Origin: Patellaria atrata CBS 101060 | Taxonomy: Eukaryota | Length of the DNA: 64,000 bases | Assembly: GCA_010093705.1 (NCBI GenBank) | Contig: MU006100.1 | Coordinates: forward strand, 284,745 to 348,744 | Direction: 5' to 3' | Shown here: one piece after another, positions 1-13,164 of the stretch | Layout of the letters: each line of letters starts with the position of its first letter | Numbering within the stretch: the first letter of the stretch is position 1 | Made by a program: the position numbers and the translations under genes | Notes under the pieces: model-generated | Database searches by the model: none | What the model was told of the DNA's origin: nothing | What the model saw: the letters and a program-made list of their open reading frames with translations, nothing else

Positions 1-95
1 ATATGTGGAATATGTGGAATATGTGGAATATGTGGAATATGTGGAATATGTGGAATATGTGGAATATGTGGAATATGTGGAATATGTGGAATATG
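1..95. repeat. Tandem repeat, 9-bp unit ATATGTGGA, at least 10.5 copies (cut by the window edge)
   Basis: Perfect ATATGTGGA copies from 1 to 90, then ATATG. Confidence 0.97.
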
Positions 96-411
96 AAGAA
101 TCGAGGTTGAAATGGTACCGAGGTAATTCTGAGGTAGAGGCAAACACGGCAAACAATTGGAAAGGTCAGGTCAGTCAAGGTTGATTCCGGATTGAGCCTA
201 GGTGGGGTCTTGAGAATAACCGAGGAATGCCGGGGTGGTGGTCGAATGAGGGCGCATGATCAGCGTTGCATCCATCCGTGACACATGAAAGCTAACTTGA
301 CGGGGACCAGCACTCCACCCTTCCATGCCAAAGTAACACACCATTCCATTATACTTTTGGCTGATTCCTCGTCCTGATCCTGTCATCTTGATATCTTTAT
401 TGATTCCTTAA

Positions 412-2782
412 TCAGGCCCTGGAGGTCCGCTGACCGTACGTCTGATAAGATTTGCCCTCTTCGACATGTGAGAATTCCTCTTCACCCCCCATCTGCGGCA
501 TCTGTTGCTCCGATTCAGGGAGTATAGCTTCCGCCCGTGAATGGTACATCGGCATCCCATTGGTCGCTGTCGCCGTCGTGGGTACCGTTCCAGCCCTGGG
601 ATCAAAGTAGGCTGTAAAGTCAAAGGATGTAGTGCGCGAGTTCGAGGGAAATGTTGGTCCATATTGACCGGTGCCTGTTTGCCATTGACTCATGTTTGCC
701 ATGCTCCCACCAAGCTGTGGGACAGCAACTCGGACGTTTGGTCCTGAAGCTGCTGACATGGATAGGTCGAGACCACCTGATACCTTTGGACTGGCTAACA
801 ATCCTGTCGAGCTCATGTTCGATCGATAGATATTAGACGTTGCCGAGCCTCTCGTTGGTCTTGGGGATGCTGCACGCCTCTGTCCAGTTGGTTGTGAAGC
901 TACTGCGCCACTCTGACCATTAGATACTGGGGGTAGTAGAGCCCCAGCTGTCGAGGAATAACTTGCAGACTGCACGTAGCACGGTTAGCCCCTCTTCACA
1001 CGAACCGTTTGTGGAAAACTTACATATTTGCTGATGATCTTCTTCAGCGCGTGTGGTAAGATCTTCCACGGGAACACCTTCACATCCTTTTCGATATTTC
1101 TTGGCTTGGGGTTTGGGAAGCCCATGATGACCTTGAAGAATTCCTCGCTCTCTGCTTTTGCCTTTGACACCGTCAGAGGTCGGAATCCCTCCAAATTCCT
1201 CCTAATACGGTTCTTTTCCTCTACGGTGAATCGCACTCCAACCAGTGATTCAAGAAGGTAAATCGTATCAACACTTGTAACGAAGCAATCATTCTTCTCT
1301 TCCCACCAGATACAACTGATACAAATACAATTCGGTGGCTTCTCCTCAGGCGTGACAGCGGAAAATGAAGCGGTAATAGTGCTTCCACTTTGACTTCTTT
1401 TGAAGTGAACCAATCTTCTCTTTGCATCCCACTCTTCTCTGCTCCAATCTTCTGCCATTTTATCTAATTCACCCTCAATTTTGAGCACTGCCTTTGAACC
1501 TGGATAGATGGTATACGGGTTAAATGAAGATGACCCACCACCTGAAACTGCAGCTGAGTTAGCTTGCAATGTTGTTGTTCGAATTAGAGGAGGATTGGCC
1601 AGAATCGCAGAAGTAGCTATGCCTGGATCCCTCGAAGTAACTTTAGAGGATGTCATGGAAGGGCTCCTGGCTGGCTGACTGGAGGCCGAGTATGGACTAT
1701 AACCTAAAGGCGGAACGTTTGGCGAGGGAGCTTTGATGCCTGATTGAGAAGTAATCGAGGATGCAGGGTATTGGTAAAGAACTTCAGATTGACGCCGATT
1801 GTCAAAGTGCATACTCTGCTGAGGTCTGGTATAGCCACTCTGATATGCAAAACCTGGCGCCGTCGGCGTACTGGGCTGAAGAAATGGGGTGACAGGAGAC
1901 AGGCTCTGGGCTTGTTGGTAGAGATTTGGACTCGTAACATATCTCGGGTGGAGTGGTTGGCCCGCGTGTCGCTTCGTCGATGAGCGCATGAAATCGGCGG
2001 ATTCAGCAGACACTTTACGCTTCTTCGAATGGTCTTGAACCGGCTGAAACTGTTGGTAAGTTGTCGTAGGTGCGTATGTGAAATCCCCAACTTCAACAAC
2101 ACCCAAACTCTGACCATATTCATCGTCCATACTTAGAATGAGAGGCACAGTCGTGGTATCATGTTGACCTGTTTCGTCGAAGGATGGAATTTCAGAGGAT
2201 AGAGCATATCGGTAGAACTGCTCGTCACTGTCCCTCTTTGAAAGAGCGGTGGGACACCGCTTGTTGCCATACATGGCAGTGAACATAATCGGTGGTTGCT
2301 GGTTGGTAAGATCGTACGTACTTTGTATGTGAACATAGAGTTTCGAGCCTACTATTCCTCGATTTGGGGAATATGAGATAACTTGCGGGAGAGAACGGGA
2401 TCTCGCATCCATTAATGAGGTAAAGGGAGGGTGAAAGCCTACATCACGCGGCTGGGACGAAGGCCCCGTCATGAAGGGCATTTGGTCCCCGGGCGTGGGT
2501 GAATGAAATTCTCGCGCGTGGGTGCTGGAGGTCTGCGATGTGAGTGATGGCTGTGCAAATGTGCCATAACTGGTGTCCTGACTAGGTCTTGTGGCGGAAT
2601 ATCCTATGATTGCAGAGTCATCAGTCAACTTGTAATTCTCACGTGTACATCATCCGGGGCGTTCCGGCATGCCGGGATTTTTGATTTTGAAATCAAAGGG
2701 TCTTAAGGTTGTAACGTAGGAAAAGTCATGAGCCGCACTTACCGTATACGAAGGGTTCATCAGACTTGCTGTAACCCGACAT
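412..2782 (-). CDS. medA: Medusa (MedA/ACON-3/Ren1-type) developmental transcriptional regulator
   Basis: Conserved block CISCIWWEEKNDCFVTSVDTIYLLESLVGVRFTVEEKNRIRRNLEGFRPLTVSK...FPNPKPRNIEKDVKVFPWKIL..LKKIISKY|SASYSST. Proposed exons 2782-2743, 2603-1024, 969-412 (GTAAGT donors, TAG/CAG acceptors). Both ends are less certain than the core. Confidence 0.9.
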
Positions 2783-5700
2783 CGACAGTAAATCGGTAGG
2801 AATGTCAGCAGCAGTCAGAGAACCACAGTCGTGGTCCTGACCAAACTGCAAAGCTGCAGAATCCGAAGGGTCGCAATCTTCGCCTACAATGAACGGTGCC
2901 TTAAGGCTCTTCTCAGGCTGTGCCACAGATACCTCGTTAGCAGGCAAGACCTCAAGTCTACCAACAGGCAACAGTATTGTAGCCTAGGCTATGACTCCCA
3001 CCAATACCTATAAAAACTCCCGAATTATGGACTCACCAAGTAACATTTGATACGTTTGCTTGCCAGCTTGACGGTGTTTCTAAGGCCTCAGCGTTGGTCG
3101 CCACTTCCTCTATCTCAATACCACCCGGCTAGCCGAATCCGATAGTTGATTTGACGTCGTGACAAAATATTATACCAGCACTTTGGAGAAGAGATTGAGT
3201 TTTGAAGTTATGTCTATGAACTTCCAGGAAGACAAGAAGTAGTCACGGTCGGAGTGACACAGGATTCCACTTGTCGTTGGGTTCGGGGGAGGGAGGAGAA
3301 GAAAAGCGGTGGTCACGACAGCGTGCTCACTTTTGCCAGCGGACAGCAAGTTTTAAGACAGTAAAAGTATTGCAATCATATGCAGTGAAATTGCACTTTC
3401 TTTCAGAAGCGGGTTCCTAATGCCGGGACACCGCTGAGATGTTGCTCCAGAAGCAACTTTCGTTTGAGGTTTCGGGAAGTGCGCCAAACAGGACAACGGA
3501 AGCTGGATATTGAGTCAAAGAACCGGATTACGGATTGAGACCTTCGCCAATGAATCAGAAATGACTGCGTAAACACAACAAATTCGGAAGCCACTGACCA
3601 GAAGAACAAAGATTTCTTAAGGAGCATCAATAGTTCCCGCGAAGCCAAACGAACGTACGGGAAATATTTCGCACGGTCTTGAGGTCGATCGACGACTATC
3701 TAGATCTCCAAGGGATGCCAATTAAATGCGCCGTGGCGGGAACGATGAAGAGGTTTCGTAGTAGTGTGTCTGAGAGGTTGTTGATTGGCAGCGACGCAAG
3801 GAAGCAATTGTTGCCCTACCTGGAAAGATGGAGTACAGAGTACACAGTTAAGAATCTAGTATGGCGCGTGTTTGGAGATGGCTGTATTCTTTTCTTCAAC
3901 TGTTAGGTATCAATGCTTAAAGTCCATCAAACCAAGGACCCGGCACAGTGGTCCAAGGGAGGTCCAGTACTTTTAGGAAGTGTAACTCCCCACACTTAAC
4001 CTCTAACCTTGTGAGGCTCTGAGGCTTTGGTGGAGGCGGTTTCAACACTATGATCGAGCTGAGTAAAGGAACACTTTGATAGGTTTGGTATAAGGTCCAA
4101 TTGGGTAAGCCTTAGAGGCCGAGCCACCGCACGCCTGGCCTCAAGTAGATAGCTACAAAGAGAGTGTACGTAGCTAAACTGCAAGGCAGCCGTTCTGACG
4201 AAGATCCCAAGAGTTCCGAAGGAAAATAGTAATACGGGGCTGATGAGAAGGAAGTTCCTAGAAGAGGCTGATGATTTGACTACCTTGGAATGTGTTCCTT
4301 CAATTGCCTAGCCTGGGTGCTGCTGTTGATTCACAATCCTGAAGCAACCCAGCTCAAACGGAAGATAGTTATGTTAGATTTCTGGACCCGGGAGTTTGAG
4401 TAAGAAGAGGTACAAAGGATGATGGCGGCTCGTCAACGGTTTGTAATGTTGATAACTTGAAACGAGCGTCTGTAAGGTGCAATTTCAACATAGAGGAGAG
4501 ACAAAAAGTCATTGCAAACGAGTTGGAGGAAAGGCATGATGATATACCGCTATTGCGGCCTTGGATCCATAAACGCAGTGGCCATGATCAGCCCGAGCCT
4601 ACAGTCCACAATCGGGTTGAAAAAAAGCCGTTTTGATGGACCAGGCCCACCAGTCAGCTTTGTCAATGTGCTCTCTACAACATGAATGGCTCCGAGCGGG
4701 ACAGCCAGGAGTACCAGGGGGGGTCCGCACATGAAGCCGGGGGATTCTACAAGTTACGAGCATGAGTGCGGCGGGCAAGCAACAAATCAGTCTCAAGGGG
4801 AGGGAAGGAAAATGGATGGTCATGGCTGACCGAGCGAAAGGGATTGATGATGAGATCCGGGAGAGTTGTTGGATGCCGTGAGGCCACTTGGTGAGGCGGT
4901 TGTGGATGGTGAGCAATGATTCTATTTCGAGGTTGTGGGCTGTGCGGCGTAAAAGGTAGAGATGTTAGGGAAACGAAACAGAACGAAACACGAAATTTTC
5001 CATAACTTTAGCTGGCTAAGATAAGGACTAACCCAAGGTAGCCTTTTTTTTCTGTTGCTAGGATTCCTGCTCGATCCTTTTCCCTTAATTCCCTTTTATG
5101 GAACGCTTCAAGCTACTGCAACCTTAATTCTCACCACCAACTACTTGAAGAAAGACATCTTGCCCGTTATTTGTCACCTTCATCAACTATGAAAGCACCA
5201 TTAGCCCTTAAAGACCAGCTGCAATTCCTCCAACTCCTACGACCAGTTGCTTCGCATGCGGACCTTCATTAACCACTACAGTCATGCGTATCTTTATCTC
5301 ATCCTCTGCTGTGTCCCTCAAATATCCCTGGTATCGGTATATTCGACCTTCCGGTATATATTATAGAAATACGAAATACTTCTGTCGTCTTTACACCTCA
5401 ATACTTTACCATTTTGGTCACATTCCCTTTTCAGTCATCCACCGGTCTCATGGCATCCCGTCGCAATATTCGTAAGACGAACGAGGCTCGTTTGTATCAT
5501 TTCCCGAACCCGTGAGCCCTATTATTCAGCTTTCGTATACTGCCGTTTGTAGCTTTGAACTTTGTAGCTAAATTTGCTCTTGCGATTACCATGCCTGATA
5601 CCCTGTCTTGTGACGCTACCCGTCTCATAACCCTCATTTACTTCTCATCATGCTTGAACGCTCGTTCATTCAACTGTGAAGGCCAAGTCCGACCCACAGT

Positions 5701-8700
5701 GTTGGTGAAAAAAAAAAATGATGCGTTACGATACCTCCTCCTCTCGAATAGGCATCTTATGCGCGCACGCCGCTCCTCGTCTTTGTCGGATGCCGCGGAA
5801 TGCTGCGGATGGACGAGTGTTCAAAATACTAAAGTCTCCCCTGGCGGGCTTCCGCTTTTGATGATAGGAGAAGTACAGAGAGTAAGTAAACTGGAGTGCA
5901 CGGAGGACGCGTTTGCGCGGTCGCCTTCAGCACGCTTAGCTGGGCAATTATTAACCCTTGCACAATCCGTACGAATGAGGCGACCCCTTCAGTCACCGTC
6001 TAGTATGAATATCATGCCGCAGAGCAATATGCACCTGATTATCAAAAGAAGTTGTTGCCGCCAATCTGGTACTCCCTTGCAGGATTCAGTACGGGATTCG
6101 GTAGAGAGTGCAGCTGTTTGGGATACGCTACTTCGAATTATCTCCCTCTAAGATCTCTTATATCATGTCGTGTCACCATCTAGTATATTTGATGACCGAG
6201 CAGTCAGGGCTCAGGTCATCGTGTTTGGCTTGCAAGAAGCGCGGCTGTGTCGATCGGACTGGCCTTCTCAAACCACATTCGATCAAGCGCGGTCACATCA
6301 AAGCGAGTTTCAAACTTCAAAACCACGAGGAGGAAGACGGCGATGTGCAAGCTTTTTCCGCCTGCGGTTATGCAGCGCCTACAGATGCGGCTCGTTGACT
6401 TTTCTAGATTTATGCAGGCACAATCACAATATGATCAAGATCTAAACTCATCCCATCTCGCCAATCATCCCACTTCTTCGACCTAAGCCCGTATAAGGAC
6501 CCTGTTGAGTATGAAAACTTCGATCACCTGCTATCCGAAGGCTTTCGCACCACGAAAATGGGACGAATCCACAAACAAGTCCGCGGTGCGTTAATATGAA
6601 ATTCTCAATGTTCGCACAACACCTTCCATTGCCCCTCGCCGCTCGCCCCTTATGAATTATATAGCTCATTTTCGCAAACGTGCACTGTCTTCAAGACGCA
6701 TGAAGTGCGCTAGTCTATACCAAGACCGCCTCAACAGAGGACCTCCACCTATCCTTTGCACAGGAGGCTTTGAAAGAACATAATTTCGCGTATTGTCAAT
6801 ATTACATGTCCGGTTAAGCAGCAAACATACTCTCGATCTGGATGTTAATCCGATGGTTTTCTCATGTGCGCTCATAGTTCAGCTGAACAGCTGCCTCCAC
6901 GTCGTCAACTCCGATTTAAGCACAACGTATCCCACTTTCAATCCAGAGCCGCCAACGACAAGTTCTAGACGAGTAGATACACAAAGATGGATTTCTTTTT
7001 GATGGCGTCGTGGCGCTTGTTTAAAGATCCACACCTTGTTTCGTGGTGACGAAGCCATGGTACTGGAAACATGCACATGTAAACGACAATTCATGCATGT
7101 GCTGGAAATTCTACTCTACCCAGCCAACTTTGAACTACGACTTTCGTTGAAATCCGTACATACAACACCTTTCTCTACAATCTAGAATCCTCCAACTTCT
7201 TGAGCAACAGAAGGCGTCTAGGTAAAGTAATATAGATTGAGGTAATGATGTCATTCATTCGGATACGTGTAAGCTCTTTTGGGGGATCATTGCCATCTAA
7301 GCACATAGTAGGTGGCGACATTGCAAATGCCTGCTGAATTCTATACATATTTTCTGATTATGGCTCTTTTATCGTCTTTGACTTGAAGATTTTAGTTCTT
7401 ATTTTCGACCTTCCTTACTTGTTATCTAGCTCAAGCTAAACTGCAATATCATTGGAATCTATCCAGTCTGAAAGGTTTCACTAGTCAGTCGTTAGAGTCA
7501 AGTTTCCATTTGTCTTTTCTTGCATATGCGACTCTTACCCCGTATGTTCACCGTTGCTTTTCTAATGTTACATCCGTCTGTCGAACCCGAAACGCCGCCA
7601 TACTACCCGGAGAACCACCTTACCTCCTCTATGGAGCACGTTGTAATCGTTGATTCATCCTTCTCCAATTGTTCAAACCGACTATGAACTTTCAGATCGA
7701 TGCATATGGCCGGTACTTATCTCAATCAGCGGTGTGAGTAACATAACCAAAATTACCGTTCGCAGAGGCTACGATCCTCACCTTGCAATTCAAAGATCGC
7801 GTGTTGCCGAGGAACCATTGCGACTGCAATATATTCCATTGTAATGACCGAATACCGGGTTGAGTATTACGCACGATACGGTTAACGTTCCGAATACTTA
7901 TGTGGACCGGAGCTATCCGAGGTCTCATTAATGACGAATGTACTTTTGTGTAACTTTTGTTGGACCAGGTTGCTGGGCCTGGCTGAAAGAGTCGTACGAA
8001 ATACAAGGGCTCTCAGTTGAACAAGAGAGGTTCGATTTTATAGAGTTTTTCGCATTTACTGTAAGTTTTTTAGAAGTAGGTTATGCTACTGGTACTTAAA
8101 AAATTGCTTTTGCTTATTCTCTTTGAACTACTATCTCGATTACAGCTTATTCCGTTGAAAACCTACGCCGTTTTTGTAACGGAAACTCGAGAATCAGGAA
8201 TTCAAAGAGCCGGATCGGAACGGATAGAATACTGGTCCAATATTTGACAACGTCATGGCCAACCGACTATTAGATAGGATGTGGTTCGTGCGGTATCCCG
8301 CTTGAACAGATCCTTTTAATCACCGTAAACCAACCGAGGTCAATAATACATTATGGACGGGAGATTAATTAGATAATGATTATTTGGTGATTTCCCTTGT
8401 AACTCTTGTTGACTTCTTGGTTTCTTTTGCTTTTTTGTAAACTGACGCCAAAATCAAGTTCTCTCACACCGCGCGTACCCAAAACAGTCGACTGATCGTC
8501 TCACAATAGCGGCATTCCCGCCGCGTATATTTCAAGGCTTGATACCTCAAATAGCGCGCACGTCTAGCGTATAATTTATCACTTTACGTATAACTTTCCA
8601 AAGAATAAGCGTACAGCATCGCCCCTGTAGAGGTCAAGATTATCTCCTGTCAACGTGCATGTGGTGATTGCCTCTAATGAGCACAGGGCGCGAGGCAGAT

Positions 8701-11700
8701 TCATCAAAGGGGCTCCTCTCAATGAAGCCTTAAATTTCTTATAGTCGTATAAGGCCACTATTATGTCCAAGGATAAAAGCAAATACTTATGCGCTTTATA
8801 CCGAAATAGGAAACTAGTAGGCTATAATTTCGGCACAGACCATTCTTTCAGAAGATTGCTCTGTGAGCGGAAGCCTTTCACATGTTCAAAATCCATCCTT
8901 GAGTTTTGGATATAGTAGGATACTGTAAATTGCAAACATTCTCACATCCTCATCAGGAATCTATTAATACCAGAACTGTACCAGGAGCTCCGTGCTACAA
9001 CGTCACTGTTGCACTTGCGAGTAATAATCCCAAGCGGAGTGAAAGCGGAGCCCAAGGTTTACTCTACTTACCTAGACAGTGCAGCAAGCACGTAGTAACG
9101 ACTCTCACCCAACCTCAGCCCCGCTGACAACACCAGATACTTGGACAGCTAAACAAGTACCAGTGTAAGTACAGGTTGTATGATAAGCAAATGTGCTCTT
9201 TATCTCGCACCTTCGCATATTTAGAAGCTCAAGATGTACTCCGCCATCTTCCTCTGTTCTAAAGATATCAAACCGCAAACACCAACCACGTCTCCGATCA
9301 TAATATCGTACCCAGAGGCGTACTGCTAGATCAATCGAACAACTTCGGATGCCGCGTTACATCTTCCGCCGCGCATAACGCACAAGTAATTTCCACCCAA
9401 CCGGTGAGCTAGTTTCCCGCTCTGTCAGTTACCTCAGCCTGCAAGGTGAGGGCACCCACCGCAACCTCCGCCGTTACGGATCCATCCGCACCGCCCAAGC
9501 TCCAAGTACCAAGGTATCGACTCTTTTTTCAAGCAGATGAAAATTCCGATTTTGATAATCCCTTGATTGATATGGGAGCCCGTAAAAGTCAGCCGTTTCA
9601 GGGGCTTCAGGAAGATGCTACTCTCATAAACACGATAACCTATCGAGGATCAACAAGAGCATTGCTTTTACCATGACAAAAATGGAAACGGGCATTGGAC
9701 CGTGATACGAAGCTGGTCAGCTATCAGATTTACGGTCGTGAACGATGAATCCAAACCCGTTTGCTTCGAACTGCCAATTATCAGACTGAGAAATCAACTC
9801 CGGCCTGCTCTTACGTCCAACCCGAGAACGTATCACTCCGAAGTGGTGGAGTGAGCTGCACATTAGAGTCTCATCACCAATCATGAGTCTCTACTGAGAG
9901 TGTTAGCAGAGGAAATCTGACATATCTTACGTGTCATAAAGTATGCGATTTGATGGAGTCAGCTAGCAAGAACTCACATCTGATAACGCTCAATACTACC
10001 GTACCTCGTGATGTCCTCACAAACACGTATCCAGCAAATACTACAGCTCAGTGATGGTCAGAATTAGGATAACAGCTTCACGTCATCAAATAGTCATGTT
10101 CAAAGTTTGTTAGGCCTCCAGCGTTAGAACGTATGCCCAAAGCCCTAAACAACGACCACCCGTTTGTGTCAAGTTAGTGTCCCCACATTCTCTGTGCTTG
10201 AGTGGCTTGAGAAGTGTTTTACTTTTTGTACTTGTACAACTAGACGATTTTCAAGCTATTTGATTATAGATGGATACCTTTCTCGCGATCAGTTATACAG
10301 TCAGGATGCAAATGGGTTATCAAACCATATCTGGAGTCTTTGAACAGTCTGCTTCACAAATATCCTGCTCACCTATACCCTTAGGATAAAATAAAAACTC
10401 AACCACCACGCGCTTGATCTCTCATTAAGACATACTTTTTCCATCCATAAGAATTGACACTTTTTCCGTCAAAAGTCTCCGACCGTTCACAAGTATCTTT
10501 CAACGTTGCGACATTCGGCAAATCCTAGACAGAAACAAGAGAATGCCAGGCGTGATGACACGACGCAAGAGGAGTTTAGAAGACTGAGCAGAGGATTGCA
10601 AAACTGCTTACAATAGCGTAGATAACACCTCTGGACGAACCGAGCACGCGATACAAAATACGATAACCATAAAGCTTTCCACGAGACCGTATCTAGATAT
10701 TCATACCAGAAAAAGATGCTGGAAGCAATGTACCGTGCTTAGGGATACAGCCACGTTTCCGTACCTTTGGTCAGTATCCCTCAATGCAGATAGAAACGTG
10801 TCAACCGTCCAACTATACAAGACTTGGATGCTTGAACGCACTCAGAAGCATTCCATGGATTATCTGTACCGCAAACTTGCCCCTAGACCCAAGATACACC
10901 GTCCTCCCCTCCTATCTGAGCCATGATCAATACATACCCTATCCCCACCCGTCCGTCGCAGAAGCAGACGGTGTCCGGACCAAGTGCCGTATACTCAAAT
11001 ACACAAGAGGTAAATCTTCTCATACAGTATACCGCATACCCAGACGCACAGAACCATCTCCACATCTCATAGCATCCTTAGCACGCATCCAGCGCAAATA
11101 AAAGCTTCAGCTTCCCACCAATACCTCTTTCACGCACAATCTTCAACAAGACTAACATACTTAAGATATCCAGCTAATAGACTCCAACCACAACCGTCCT
11201 CTGCACCTAGACTCATTCGCGCTCGCAAGCTTTATTGAGCTTGCCATGATCGGCTCGCATAGACCGCTCCTCTACATCATTGCTATTCCCTCACTCTCTC
11301 TCAATCGACCGGTCACTAATATAACCGCTAGATATAGGCTCCGGTAGACCACTCACCCTCACCCTCCCTCCTTTGGGGTCCATAAAGGTGTCTGGACATT
11401 ACACATCTGTCATCACACTCTCCGCAGTCACCGGTATCGTCAGCCTTCTATCTGCGCGTGTCGAGCGTGTATGTGGGTCCACTGCGCATATCCAGCCAAG
11501 ATACGGTACGGCAGTTACGGTAAGGAGAGGAGGGTATGGAGACTTGGTCGCATGATTATTCCTTTATGCTATTTTCGGCTCAGGGTGTCTAACCATTTAT
11601 TATATATCTGATGTAGAGTCGAATGGTGCGGGGAGTGGGAATGAGTGACAGCATTGTTCTCTATGGAAGTGGAATCTTAGAAACAGGTTTGGTAGGTAAG

Positions 11701-13164
11701 GGGTTTATGATTTATGGGTTTGTGAAGGAAGGGGAGGGAGTGGAACCATTTATAGAGTAAGAGAAGGGTGGTTGTATGATGACTGATAAATGGGATTGGA
11801 AGTAGACTGTCTTAAATATGTAGTGATGCGAAGATCACTTGTAGTGACGATTGCATTACTCGATGATACGATATAACGATTCTATTCCTTCAGATTTCCG
11901 TCCTGGCCTTCAGTCCCGAACCTTCCTCATGCCGACGGGTTTGGATTTGATACTGGTTGATATATGAACGTGATCGAAGTCACGGTGGTATCAACGTCCA
12001 GGAACAGTGCATGAAGTAGAGGTGTTAAACGCACGTATCCCACAGTAGTTATAGAAATAGGAAGAGCGATGATAGAATAACTAAGCCCCCTTTTTCCAAA
12101 CAACCCTCCATCCGCAATACTCTTCTTCGGCTATTAAGTAAGCACATAACAGCAAAGAGACTCCAGAGCCCGACTTAGAAATTGCAGGGATAGGGGTCTC
12201 CGCAGGGCCACGCCCAACCCACAATACCTCGCCTTACTGATCCGGATATACAGTCTCATACGCCCGGCCCAGGACGCTCCGAACCGCAGAAGCAAACCAC
12301 TACCCAGAACCATACCCAGCGAACAACCCGACGCGCGTAACCGATTTCTAATCCCCTAGCAAGCTTACGCCGAGTATACATACGTATCCGCGCTATTTGG
12401 GATCGCTATTGTTAGAATAAGAGTTCTATAGTTAAGGTAGGCCTGAGGAATAAGGGAGAGTGGGAATTAGGCCTCCCTGAGCCGTCGACACTGCGCTCGG
12501 ATACTTGTGCTTGAAAGGAAACACGACTCGAGTGTGTAGGTCATGATACATGGTACCGTACAGTCAGCTCAGCTCGGGCTCCGTTGTATGTATACGGCCG
12601 TGTTGGAAAAACGTCTGCAGATATTGCTGTTTTGTGCTGATATTGCTCGTTCGCTGTATGTTTATGTTAGTCTGAGAGGGATTTCGGGGACTACGTTGCG
12701 GGAGATGATGTGTGCGAAGGTTCTCGATCGCACGCGGAAATTTGACTATACAGTCTTCAACTGTACGAATGACTTCCGGCCGTATCTACTTTTCCAGTTG
12801 TATGTAAGAGTCGATTGTTGTGTTCACGGTATAGCAATAACGCAAGATATAACACTTTGGTACCAGTTGCACAAGCGTACAGAACGCGGAGGAGACGAAT
12901 CTTGACAATGGTGAATTTGTTGATACTTAAACCGCTCATTTTGAAGAGTCGATCTCGCACGTACGCGCCGCCTGGTAACTGTACTAGAGATGTACAGCAA
13001 GCGAGGGACATCCAACTGTGACCTAGGTCAAGACTCACTAAAGTGAAGTATTCAATCCATATTGCGAACTTAGCAGCGGTATCTTACAGTACACTTCATT
13101 AGCCTCCAAAACCTGCAATGCGATACGATACGATATATACCCTTCCTACCATCGCCAAATTAAG

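Noticed and set aside
1..95. CRISPR or telomere reading of the 9-mer array
   Set aside because: No spacers, eukaryotic context, and not TTAGGG.
5555..6151. 198-aa ORF
   Set aside because: TTG start, no recognisable motif, contains an A10 run, no convincing splice context.
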